Source of the DNA: Paraspadella gotoi
Taxonomy: Eukaryota; Animalia; Chaetognatha
Reading direction: 5' to 3'
DNA length: 64,000 nt
Assembly: GCA_051294375.1 (NCBI GenBank)
Contig: JBJCIZ010000239.1
Location: 6,363,996 to 6,427,995 of the forward strand
Part shown: positions 41,971-55,300 of the stretch, piece after piece
Numbering within the stretch: the stretch's first letter is position 1
Layout of the letters: each line of letters starts with the position of its first letter
The notes under the pieces: model-generated
Told to the model about the DNA's origin: nothing
Database searches by the model: none
Seen by the model: the letters and a program-made list of their open reading frames with translations, nothing else
Position numbers and translations under genes: made by a program

Positions 41971-42411
41971 AAATGTCAGGGTTTTACCAGCCATCTTAGT
42001 CTAGGCATTTCGAGTCAGTCCTATTCCGGTGAGAGGCTTCACGAAGAGCCAAAGGCCAAAACAAATCTGAAACCGACTTTCGGCACTGTTTTCCGATAGT
42101 GCCCCTTTTTCTGTTCGCATTCCAAGTTTGACTTGTAAATTTCCGTCCGTCATTACGTCAGGGTCTCATCCGTACGTGCCCTCTGCGTAGGTACAACCAG
42201 AGACGTTTAAAAGCTAAAATTTTTGACAGCAACGAGAATAAAAAGGGATTAAAAAAAAAAATTAATTTTTTGAAATAAATCTAAAACTTGAAACGTTTAT
42301 CCGTTGTTGTTGTCGTTGTTGTTGTGAGAGAGGAAGAGAAAAATTGAGTCGTTTGTGTCGTCTGCTTGGATTTCGTCTTAATCTCCAAAGTCTGGAGTGA
42401 ATCTTGAGAAA

Positions 42412-42459
<48 letters not shown>

Positions 42460-43204
42460 AAAGAAAAAATAAAGATAAGAAAGAAGGAAAGAAAGATATA
42501 TGGAAAGAAAAAGAAAGAAAGAAAAAAGAAAGAAAGAAAAAGAAAGAAAGAAAGATATAAAGAAAGAAAATGGAAAAAAAAAGAAAGAACGGAAAAATGC
42601 AGATAAATTTTTTCTTTCAATTTCCAAGAGGACTTTTGAGTTTTGAAGAAGTAAATGTTGAGCAAAAAACTTTAATTTACGAACTGTAAAAGAAAACTCC
42701 TTCAAATTTTGAGAAAAAAAAATTTGTGTTTATATTTTATCAGAAATTTTGGTTGGAAAAATAGTTTAAAAAAAAATTAGGTCAAATTTTTTTTTCTTCT
42801 CATTTCAGACAGTCAACATCTGGATGTAAGTGTGGTTAAAAAGCGAGTGACATGGAACATGGCGAAGAGAACTCGTGAACTTGCGAAAGTGTCAATCCGT
42901 GAATGTGAGAATGGGCGGATGTGTGAATGTGTGAATGTGAATGTGTGAAAAGGCGATCGATGGGAGAAAAGTCTCATTTCTTTTGACATTTGACCTTATT
43001 ACTCCCGCCCCCCCTCTCCGCTTATCTTTCCTCCGCCTCTACTCTCCACCTCCCTTGCACCTGTCAGTCGGATGCGACGGCCGCGTGGGATCGAATAAGA
43101 TCCGCGACAGGTGCGGCGTCTGCGGCGGAGGGAACAGCGAGTGTCGGGTGCTGCAGGGAAATGTGGATGTCGACGTTGATAGGAAGCAGGTGCAGAGTGT
43201 TTTT

Positions 43205-43242
<38 letters not shown>

Positions 43243-46200
43243 TTTTTTTTTTTTTTAATTCTCTATCTTTTTCACTCTTTTTACTCTCTCTCTCTCTCTC
43301 TTATTCAAACTCTCTCTTTTTTTCATTCTCTCTCTCTCTCCCCCCTCTCTCTCTCCTTTTTTTTATGATACTCTCTTTTTTCTTTCTTTCTTCCTCTCTT
43401 CCTCTATTTCTTTTTTTTCTAACATTCATAACTAATCTTTATTAAATTTGATTTTCACTCCTCGTTTTAAACTCATCCTACCATCCATCCAATCCAATCT
43501 ATCCATCATCCATCCATCCATCCATCCATTCCATCACCCATCCACCCCCGCACCCAATTCCCCATCCCTCACCCCCAACCCCTCCCCCCTTAGCCTTCCA
43601 CGCCTCCTCCGCATCCAAAGGATCCGCAATATCTCGTGTGGAGTGGTCGCGTCGCCCCATCGCCTCGGTTACATAAAAAAAAAAATTTTTAGTTTTTTTT
43701 TTTTAAAAATGACTTATATTTTCTTTTATCAACTTTTTACAGGAATTCAAATCTGCAATCAAATTAAGAAAAACCTATTTTGAAATTTTTCGATTTTATA
43801 AGGTTAGTACTCTATATAAATTATTGCCTACTGCGAAAATTAAAACATAAAATTAATTTTTTTACTGATGGTATGTTGTTCATAATTGACTTTTAGAATT
43901 TTCGTATGTAACTTTCACTACGCCTTATTGACAGGCTTTGGTGGTTTAAGGCCTCCATATGATAGATTAATAAAGCGCCAAGAATTAAACGATTGATGAA
44001 GATCGATCTCACCGGCTTTGTGTAGACCAGCTTGGTTCCCAGATCCGAGATCTCCTTGTAGCCTCTCTCGAATATCCCGTCGAAGTAAAGGCGCTTGGAC
44101 CGCGCGGACTCCGCGACGAGGCGATGGGGCGACGCCGACCACTCCCACACGAGGATATTGCGGGGATGCCTTTTGGGGATGCGGAGAGGCGTTCTGGAAG
44201 GCTAAGTGGAGTGAAGATGATTCGCAATAGAATAAAACAAAAGAAACGGAGTCCGCGCGGTCCAAGCGCCTTTACTTCGACGGGATATTCGAGAGAGGCT
44301 ACAAGGAGATCTCGGATCTGGGAACCAAGCTGGTCTACACCAAAGCCGGTGAGATCGATCTTCAATCAATCGTTTAATTCTTGGCGCTTTATTAATCTAT
44401 CATATGGAGGCCTTAAACCACCAAAGCCTGTCCAATAAGGCGTAGTGAAAGTTACATACGAAAATTCTAAAAGTCAATTATGAACAACATACCATCAGTA
44501 AAAAAAATTAATTTTATGTTTTTTAATTTTCGCAGTAGGCAATATTTATATAGAGTACTAACCTTATAAAATCGAAAAATTTCAAAATAGGTTTTTCTTA
44601 ATTTTGATTGCAGATTTGAATTCCTCGTAAAAAGTTGATAAAAGAAAATATAAGTCATTTTTAAAAATTCTTTCATTAAGTGGGTTAAAAATTAGAAAAA
44701 CTATATTTAATATCATTTAAGGAAAAACTCACCAGTATCTTCGGAGGCGTGGGTTCGAATCCCACCGCTGCCACCACATTTAAGGAAAAACTCATGGATT
44801 TCTATGGTTGAAATCAGGAAGAGATTTTATTCTGAGAATAAAGGTGACGGTGAGACACAAGCAGGAGTCTTGTTCAATGCTCCTGAAACTAAAACAGGCT
44901 AGGTCTATTTATACTGAGAGAGAGGATCGGCGACGTGGGTAAAATTTACAGTTTTGACGATCCTGCAAGCTGATTGGTCGATTCCGGTTCCATGCTTGAC
45001 CAATCAGGATTCGGCGATTCCATTTCCGCGGAGATCGCTCGAGTCTCCGATCCGATTTGCTTTTGGTGGCTTGATACTCCTGCGATGATATGGAAAAAGT
45101 TTTTTTTTCATTTTTGACCCACTTAATGAAGGAATTTTTCAAAAAGAGTTATATTTCTTTTTATCAACTTTTTATGACGAATCCAAATCTGCAAAAAAAT
45201 CTTACAAAAAACTGTTTTGAAATTTTAACATTGGTTTAGTACTAGTATAAATATGGCCTACTGCATAAATTATAAAATTTATTATAAATTTTTTTATTAC
45301 ATAAATGTTCATTAATATAATGTTGTTCGTTCCTCACTTTTAGAATTTTGGTTGTACCAATTTCATAAACTATCGAACAATATTAATATTAATTTGAGTT
45401 CATGTGTCATAATTGATTATTGAAATTATTAATCGATCAGTTAATTAAATTATTTGTAAAATATTAAACCATTTGTTCATCAACCAATCAATAGCAACAA
45501 ATCAATCAGACGATTATTTGAAGTCAGTAAATCACCCATTTATCAATCAATCAATTACTCTGTCAATTAATCAATAAGTCTATCAATCAGTTAATCAACC
45601 AATCAATCAAACAATCCATTAATCAATCGATTAATTAAGCAGTTAATTAATTAGATGAATTTAGTAATCTTGATCGATTTATCAATAATCAATTAATCAA
45701 CCAATCAATCAATCAATCAATAAATCAACCAACCAAAAAGAAATCAACCAACCAATCAATCGATCAATCAATTTTTTTCCCCAGGTCAGGCGGACACTTT
45801 AACAGCGACGGGACCCCTTCTCGAGTCGCTCGACCTTCTTCTCAAACCGACGGACGACGACGACTTCATCGGTGGCGTGCGAGTTCGATATTCCTTTACT
45901 CTGCCCCTCAGGTTCCCTATTCTTAGTCCTAAATCCTTTAACTAATCTTTAATGCCTTCATCTGCCGCCGCTCAGGTTTCCTATTCCTTAGCCCTAATCC
46001 ATATAACCTCAATCTTTAATCCTTGCACTCTGCCCTCAGGTTCGCCTATTCTTAGCCCTAAATCCATAACCGTAATCTTTAATCCTTCACTCCCACCCTT
46101 GTGCCATACGACCCAATGCGAGGATAAATAGCCCATCAGACACTAGTCCGCCCCCCCCCACACGAAAGTGCGCAGAGCGCCGGACGATCGAGCAATCGAA

Positions 46201-48094
46201 AAATAGGGGAGCGCAGAATAACCGCCCATCCGATCCGGTCGGTCCCAGGAGAATAGTGAAATGGAACTGGCGACAGGCTCACAAAGGGTCCACTGCTTTT
46301 TCCTCTGAACACTCAGGCAGCTAGCGAGAACAAAAAAGGCCTAACAACCCTAGTAGTTTGGAACCACACCGCGCACTTGCGGCCCGCTCAGGGGATTAGG
46401 GTCTTGCCCGTCTATGACTTCAATCAATAACATATAACCGACAGGGCAGCCGTCCACAGAGCGGATGCACTTCTCCCAGTCAGTACACCTGCATGTGATC
46501 ACGCCCGAATGCAATGGGGCGAAACTGAGCTGCGTAATTTTATACAGACAACGACTGCACATCCTACGATCTCACACGCGTCCGCCGTGCCCGAACATTA
46601 CCCCAATCGAGGACGGCACAACCAAATGCGGAGCACTGACCTTCTCACCGAGCCGACGTGTTCGCCAGTTACACGACAAAAGCGGGTGAACCCGTCCCCA
46701 GAACTTGAAAAGGCTAAAGCAGGAATGGCGTTTGTGAAGGTTGGGGGTAGATAGCTGCCAGCGACTTATAGGAGTAAAAAGAGTTCGAACAAATTTTCCC
46801 GGCCCCAGGAGTGCTGTACTGCGTTAATCACAAGGATGACTCCGGTTATGATGGGCAGCCAAACACTAAGTATCCTTAGAGGGCGGTGGGGCGGAAGCGA
46901 GCTTTCTCACCTGCGGAGAGGGGAAGGCGAGGGGGTTGCCCGAGGTCTATGGAGCGGGCCCCTGTCTATGACAGAACTACGTTGGGCTGCATGCTTAAAA
47001 GGCTGCTGGGCACGGTGGCTCGGGGTGTAATAAACGAGTGGTCAGGCGAGGGATGGGGCTATCACAGCGGGGGCTAAGGCCAATACGGGCAGGAGACGAA
47101 GAATCACTTATCACCACACGAACTCTTTTCAGAGAGAGGAAATGAACTTGGTCCTGGTGCATTTCCCGGAAGAGAAACCACGGGGCTAGCTAGCGTTGTC
47201 GTATTATGGAATCTTATCTAGAATAAGATGAAACCCGATGGGTGCCACCTCCCTGTGCTGGCTGGCTAGTGAACCTCAAGTCAAGGAATTCGTGAACTTC
47301 CATAAGGTCGTAAACAGGCCCGAACACTCCTTATTAGGCTAGCGCTCGTGCGCTGCGGTGGTGTAGTATGTCGACGCGGAGGCTGTTGCCGAGGATAAGT
47401 ACTCTTAAAACGATTCCAGTCGTAGGCGTGCGCGTTGACATGGGGGCGGCGCGGAAAATGTCAGGGACTCCACTAGGGACCCGAAGGGGGACCCGTTTTA
47501 ACCAAGAGTATTGGTACGCGTAAGAATAATCGGGCATTAAAAGAAGCCTGGGGTCCGCTGCAAGTACAACCAACACAATGCAATGTGCAGTAGAATGGAA
47601 AAGGGGAAACATTGAGCTGGAGCCGGATAGCTGGCCGTGTGTGCTGGGCGACGCAGGGCGGGGACTACGTGTGCTCACGAACTGTGTTAATGGCCCGCTG
47701 CTATCGGGAGGTTTAAATCTCGAATGGTGACGCTGTCTATGGGGCGAGGGCGGGTTGATGGTGTGGGCTGCTGTGGTTGATCGGCTGACGTAGGACTGTG
47801 TTGGAGGCTGGTGCGGCGGCTGAATGCTGAGTGTAGTGTAGGCTGAGTGTCGGGGCGTGGAGCCGCCTCAGGTTCGCTATTTCTTATTTCTATTCATAGC
47901 TCTAATCCTTAACCCTATTCTAATCCATAACCTAATCTTTAATACTTCACTCTGCCCCTCTGGTTTTTAAGGGTCTTTCATTTGTAGTCTTAGCTCTAAT
48001 CCTTAACCTAATCTCTGATCCTTCACTCTGCCACTCAACTCTCAAGCACAGAAGGCACATTTTACCTAGAGCTAAAATCCGTCAGGTTTAAAAA

Positions 48095-48144
<50 letters not shown>

Positions 48145-49308
48145 ACCCTTATCCTATTTTACTTACCCCAACAGACCGGAACTGGATCCTCTCTTTCTTC
48201 CGAAGCGGAAACGATTCAAGTGGCACCGCGCGTCGCAGTCTGGATGCAGGTGAGTTCGTGGGAACTTTCTTTGTTTGGATTTTCGTAGTTTTGTTTTATT
48301 TCCATCGTTGTTTTGTCGTTTTATTGTGTGTGTCATAGTTTTTTTTTGTGTAATTTTATTTCTCTATATTTTGTTCTTATTTTTGGTCTCAATTATTAAT
48401 TTCTATTTATTTTCTTCTCGTTGTTCTTCGTTGTATTTTAAAGTTTTCCTTTTTTAATTTCCCCGCCTCCCCCGCCCCTCCGGCTCCCTTTCCTCGTTGC
48501 CCCCTCTCCCCAACCCCTCCTTTCCCTCGTTCACCCCTCCCCCTCTCCCCCCATTCTCCCCCCCATTCCCCGAACCCCCCCCCTTTCCTCTTTCTCCCCG
48601 ATTTCAGCGCTGAATGCGGCGTCGGAATAAAGAAGGACGTTTTCGGTTGCCTCGATCTCGTCTCCAAAATCGCTCGTCCCGAAAAAGTCAGGCCATCTCG
48701 ATGAATTTGATTGAATTGATTGATTGATTGATTGATCCTATTGATAGTCTGTTTTGAATATTATTTATATTATATTATTGTATATATTATTCGATTTGAT
48801 TGATTGTTTGATTTATCGTCTGCTGGAATGATATTTTTTTTAGCTCGATTGATTTGTTGATTTGAGTTTGTTCAAAAATATGAAAACGACAATCACTCCC
48901 TCTTTTTTCTATCAACTGCCCCCGTTCCCTGACGCCCGAAACCTTCCCCCCCTCCCTCGACGACGTGTCAAAAAACAAAATAAAACAAAACAAAAACAAA
49001 AAACTTAAAAACGATCATCAAATGACCACAAAAAAATGCAAAAAAAAAAAAAAAAAAAACCCAATGAATAAAAAACTACAAAAAATAAAATAAAAAAATA
49101 AAAAACTTGAAAAAAAAACAACCCAAAATGCAAAAATTACAAAAACTACAAAAAATAAACAAAACAAACAAAACAAAAGACACTGTGACGGAATCGATCG
49201 TCCGAAGCCGAAGAAAATCCCTTGCAATTCTTTTCCCTGTTTGGATCCAGAGTGGACGAGTGGAGAGTGGGAGACCTGCAACGCCTCTTGCGGACATTCT
49301 GGGATACA

Positions 49309-49344
<36 letters not shown>

Positions 49345-52300
49345 TTAATTCATCAATTACCCAATAAGCAGCATTCAATCAATCAATCAATCAATCAAAA
49401 CCAACAGCAATATATCAACGGATCACATCGTTTCTCAGATCCGCCCGATCTCCTGCGTTGTGCTACGCGGTCAGCGTCGCGTGACGCTCCCAGACTCGCG
49501 CTGCGTCTCCTCCGCCCGACCCGACGTCGCGCGGCCCTGCAACCGGAAGTTGTGCGTCTTTCGGTGGACGCTCGGACCGTGGGGCGAGTGTTCGGTCTCG
49601 TGCGGACAAGGTCGGACGAGGGAGTCGATGAAAATTTTTTTTTATTTCTTAATTTGTTCTTAAAAATTAGATTTTTTGAGACGATTAATTGTAAAATATT
49701 AATTGTAATTGTAAAATAAAACTTTTGATCATAATTTTAAAATTTAGTATAATAAAACCCAAAAAATTAAGCAATTTGTAGAATTAGAATGAGAATTAGA
49801 ATACCAATTGACATTCGATACATCCCTGCCTACTTCATTTGTCATAAACCATTAACTTCTTTTAGTTTTTAGTTTTACTCCAACCCCCTTCCTTCACCAC
49901 CTCTCCCCACCACCTAAAACTACTCTCCCTTTCTCGTACCTTGCGGTTCATTTCAAATTCATTCAAAATTTAAATCTCATTTGCATATTGCAGCACTTTG
50001 GATTATTGGTCCTAATATTTGATTTTGTTTTTCTGGAAGTTTTCTTATTAAATATTTACAACTGATATAAAAATTATCTATTCGAAAAACTCTGGACAAG
50101 CAATTATTTTATTTCTCATATTAACAATACTTTAAAAAAAGGTTCAAAAACTGATGTAGTTTTCTAAATCATATTTAGGTTTAGAGAAACGCCGCACGGT
50201 CTGTCTCCCCGAAGATTCGAGCCTCAAACCTTTCGTTTGTTTGGGCGAAAAACCGAAATCTACGACGAGGCCGTGCAAGAAGGACCCTTGCCCTTACGGT
50301 AATATTGTATTATAATTGGGGTTTATTTTGTTTTGGTGTTATGTATGGATTGTATGTATGTATCTTGATTCTTAAAACTAACTATAAACTAATCTTTTGA
50401 AGAGACAGTAATAACTGTTATGTATTAGTGACAGAACGTTCAATATAAGGAGCTTTGGTTCAGGCTGTAACAACGTGTTACACGCGGGTTAAGCCCCCCG
50501 GCCCTCTTAACTGCGAGGCGACCTCCGGGCTAGAACCCCCGACCTTCGGATTGGGAGGCGAATTACTTGCCTCCTGCACCAATGGCCGCGATGAACGGTT
50601 GGTGGATTTTAGTCCACCATACTTTTAGACCTCCCCAGTATCAAAAAATTGTCTCCCAAGTTCTCACTCGGTTCGGTTTCCCGTTATTTATCAATATTAA
50701 ATAAGTTTTAACTCAAATCTGAAAAAAAAATGTGACCGCGTATCAACCCAATGAAGCGTCAAAGTCAATTAGCGCAATCCTCGTGTGTGTAATTTTTTTT
50801 CTAAAAAAAATCTCATAATTTTCCTTATTGTTAATTTTTATAAATAATTTGCTACCAATGATTTAAAACAAATTAATTATTTAAAAGTATATTTTTAAAA
50901 CAGGGCATCTGTATAAACCGGAAAGTAAGCGTAAATAACCGAGGTAAAGGAAAAAAAATAACCGAAGTAGATATTAAAATAACCTTTCTTAAAAAAGGCT
51001 ATAGTTTTAGACCAAGCCAATTAAAAGAACTAAAACGTTAACATTTGAAGCAGTTAGCCTACAATACAGAGAGTTAGGGAGATACAGTACCAGTATATTA
51101 TATATACAATATATATAATACATATTAATATATAATATATATACATATATATTAAGTTGTAAGATATAACATAAGAATTATGTTTAGAGAAAACAAAGTT
51201 TTTATTGTTTACAAACAACAATTTTTGTTTAAAAATGGACATGGTTAAAAAAAAAAAAAGATAGACTCTTGGTTTGTTATTATTAAATTCGTTATTTTGC
51301 CCGCTGTAGGAAGTATCTATTAAGTATTTTAAATGTGTAGATCGCGGATGGGTCAGTCCTTTTTCACTGTTCTTACCCCAAAGTTATAAAAGAGACGTAA
51401 CTTACCTAAAGCTGTGAGGGATAAATTACCAATGATTCATGACATTAGTAAAAATTTAAAATGTTATATTTTCAATTTTATGATTAAGTTTAAAGTTGAC
51501 TATTTTTTAATAAGGTTTCTCTTTTTTATGTTGAGAAAGAGACTTGCTACATGATTCACGCCTCACGCCCATTTTATATGCTACTACAATAAATATTACT
51601 AAATTGATATTCTTCAAATTTCTATAAAGAAATAGCAAAGCAGAAAAATACTAGCTCTTTACGGCGTTACGGTAAAATCCTCAATAGACATGTTTCAACT
51701 CTGTGGTTGAAGAGAGAGAGAGAGAGAGAAAGAGAAGATAATGGTTGTCAACAAAGAACTAAGAAAATAAAGTAAAAGTTTTGAAAGCCAAAATGGTGAA
51801 AATGAAATTATCAAATTGTGAATAGTTTGAGTTTGCCTCACTTTCTGATTGATTTTAAAAATGACGACAAAGGAGGATTCAAAAAATGTTTATTACTGTT
51901 TTAAAATAGCCAACAAGGGAGTAAAAGCATTTGATTTGTTTGTAAACAAGCGCAATAAAACAAAATCTTGGTTAAAAATTGAACGGTCCTAAAACCATTC
52001 AAAGTTGGAGGCAACTGCCAGACAGTGATATCGAGTTGATGCTGTTTGGATCAGGGAAATCCTTTGGGGATAATGCTTAATACTACTCAAATGTCCATTG
52101 AGCCCGCTGCACCTGTCGAGAGCCCTCTTCCACCTGACAGTAAGGTGAGCAGTCATCCGTTATTGCTTTTTTTGCAACAGGATGACGGACTCCCCTTCCT
52201 CTATCCAAAGTATTCTTTTATGAGGGATGCCCGGTTCGTGGAGAGACGAACTAAGTTGCTTCAGTAGGGTTGACCTTATTTTGCTTCCCTTAACTCTGTC

Positions 52301-55300
52301 TCTTTCTCTACTTATCCCCAATCCACTCTCCATTCTCTGTTCTTTGTTAAAAACCTTTATCTCTCTCTAGCTCTACTCTAATAAAGACAGCTTTTCAGTA
52401 ATATGTCAATTTAAACTTAATTCCCATTATTTTTAATTATTATTTCAAATTTTTTTAATTATTATTATTACCATTAGTAGAATTAATATTATTATTATTA
52501 TTTTCAATTATTTTTAATTATTATCTTTTAAAGAAAAAAAATTAGAATGATGGAGATTTAAGTTCGTCTTTTGATCAAGAAAAAACTAAATTTTTAAAAA
52601 TCATTGAGAATTAATATTGTATTTCAGTTTAATTTGCTCTTTATCTAGCAAAAAGGTTAGGAAAAAAAATGTTGTGGCATTTCTATAAATTTCCTATACA
52701 AGTAATTTTTTTTTTAACTGAGGTAAAAAATATTACCTATAATTTTGAATTGATTGAGGATATGACTAAGCTTGCCAAAACTCATTGCCCATTGCTTGAA
52801 AAACAAAGATAAAAAATAAAATATAATAAAAATCTAACTTTTTGTTACATTTAAAATTAATTTCATTAAAATTGGAACTATAAAAACACATATAGGCTGA
52901 AAAACTTACTTCCGGTTAAGGCCACGCCCCATAATAACAAGATATTTTTTAAATTTTATAAAAAAAAATAGGAGAAGAAGCTACTGGTATTTTTTAACTA
53001 ATATTGGTAAAAAATCCTTATGTTATAGCATATTAAACCTCTTTCTTTAAAAATTATTACATTTTGCGCTATATTTTTTTTGCATCAATACTTGTTTACT
53101 TTGACGCTCGATTGGGTTTATTAGCAACAACATTTTTTGCTTAAACAGGCTTTTAAAATGAATTTAAGTTAAGAAATAATGAAAACCGACCGAGGGAGAA
53201 CTTTGTATGGGGTTTTTTGAGGCTGGGGAACTCTAATACTTTGCTCTTTTTTGTTTCTTTTTTTAAGTATTTTTTTTTTTTCATCAATTCATTTTTTTTA
53301 TTAATTATTTATTTACGTATTTATTTTTTTATTTAATTATTTATTTATGTATTTATTTATTTATTTAAATACATTTCAATTCTCCCCCCATTAAATAGAC
53401 TGCGAAGATCGATCCTTTCTTTGTCGCGACGATTCTTATTTGTCAAAAGTCTGCGCGACTTCGTCCGGCCGCCGCTTCGTCTGCTGCGTTTCCTGCGCGG
53501 ATCACGCTGGATTAGGTACGGGGGGAGGGCGCTGTGAGAGCTAAGAAGGGTGGATAATAGAAGAAAATCCCGCCCACGATAATTAGCGGTCATCGGCTGA
53601 GCAGATAATTAATTATTTGTTTAATTTAATTAATCAATTTGGTTTTATATTTTATTAATTTATTTTAAATATAAATGAAGCTATATTAATTAAGTAATAA
53701 ATAAAATAGTTATTCAAACAATTAATTAATTAGTTAACTAATTAATTAATATATTAATTCGTTAATTAATTAATGTATTAGGATGCGTTGTCTGATTAGC
53801 TGATGAGGTAAATTATCACGGAAACTTTATGGACGGCCGGACGGACATAAAGTTTCGATGGAATCGTGGACGTGTAGATGAGTTTAAATGGGAGAAACAT
53901 AATTTTTTGCATAATTTATGAGATGATTTAAGTGAATGACCGACAAGATTTAGGGGGGGACCGACGGACCGACAATGTTAATTATAGAGTCGGAAACTGC
54001 TGATAAACAGATCCGTCTAAAAAGTCTATTGTAAAGTTTCTCGGGGTCCAATATTAGAATAATTAGAATAATATTATTACAAACATAATAGACCTAGTGG
54101 TAAAATTCTGCTTTCACTGTCTGAGATTTTTGCTTCTTTTTAGTAATTTTGTAAAACAAATTAATCATTAAAACAAATTATAAAACTTATTTCCCAAATA
54201 AACTAACCTTCACACTTAACTCCCCCCTTACCCCAGTTGGCGAAAGTATAATTGTGCTCATCTAGTTTTCGTCTTATTGCAGCAACTTCACCACTCGACA
54301 ATATCATTCCGGATCCTGACGACGACGACGACGCGTTGGACTCCAAGCATTCCTCTCCCACTCTATCTGCCGCCTTCCTTCGTTCGTCAAATCCGACCGT
54401 AGCGCCGTCTCGAGGTTCTCTTGACATTTTGAACGTTCATTTGTTTTGTACTTAACCAATTTAAGCGGTTCTACGATAAATTGTAAAAATATTGAAAAAA
54501 AGCCAAATCAATAAATAGTAGAAAAGTAAAATTTAAACGAAAATGGCAATGACGGCTGTTAATGAACTGACTCGGGGGTGCAGAATAGCTAGCAGTTCGT
54601 CCCTACCTCCACGCGGTGTGACCGGGATCATCCTTTCGGATGGCAACAGAGACGGGAGGCTCAAGCCAACAAGGAGAAGGAAAAACCCAAAGGCGGAATC
54701 CCGATGTGTTTCTTGGGTAACGGAGTGGGGAAGGCCCAGCCGACTTGGTCACATCCCCCCTTATTCCTCCCCTTTTCCCTCTCCCCCTCTTTTCCCCCCA
54801 CCCTTTTTAAACAACATTCTGGCTGCAGCCTCTCAAGGCACTGTTGCCTGTCATCTAAGACAGCTTTGAGAGTGGGATAGTCTCTGGTTGGACGAATGTC
54901 TCTTCAGGTCAAGGGGTGCAGAATAATTTTACATTATGGCCGAGTTGCTTGACAGTATAGAAAGCTTTATTTCGTATAATAGTCCTTATCTTTTTCCAAG
55001 TTCTTATTGCCATGCAAACGGAAGTACAAATGAGTTTTTTTCTGTAATGTATTTTTAAGCCAATATATGTATTATATTATATTATGAAATTGGTACCGTA
55101 CAACCAATATAAAAATTATCCATTCATTTAATAAATAAGCCATATTGCCCCTGACTTTGGACAGGCTTTGGTGGTTTAAGGCCTCCATCACTCTTACAAG
55201 ATAATGACATAGCAGGTCCCTGCAAGCTTTCAATCAAGACTCTCTCTTATATAACAGAACTTTCAGCATGGCACAGTTATAAATAGAAAAAATTGTAGTT

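Noticed and set aside
44732-44776. Functional tRNA gene or LTR primer-binding site
   Set aside because: The 5' half (D arm, anticodon) is missing. At 45 nt it far exceeds an 18-nt PBS, there is no adjacent LTR, and it is bounded by a TSD.
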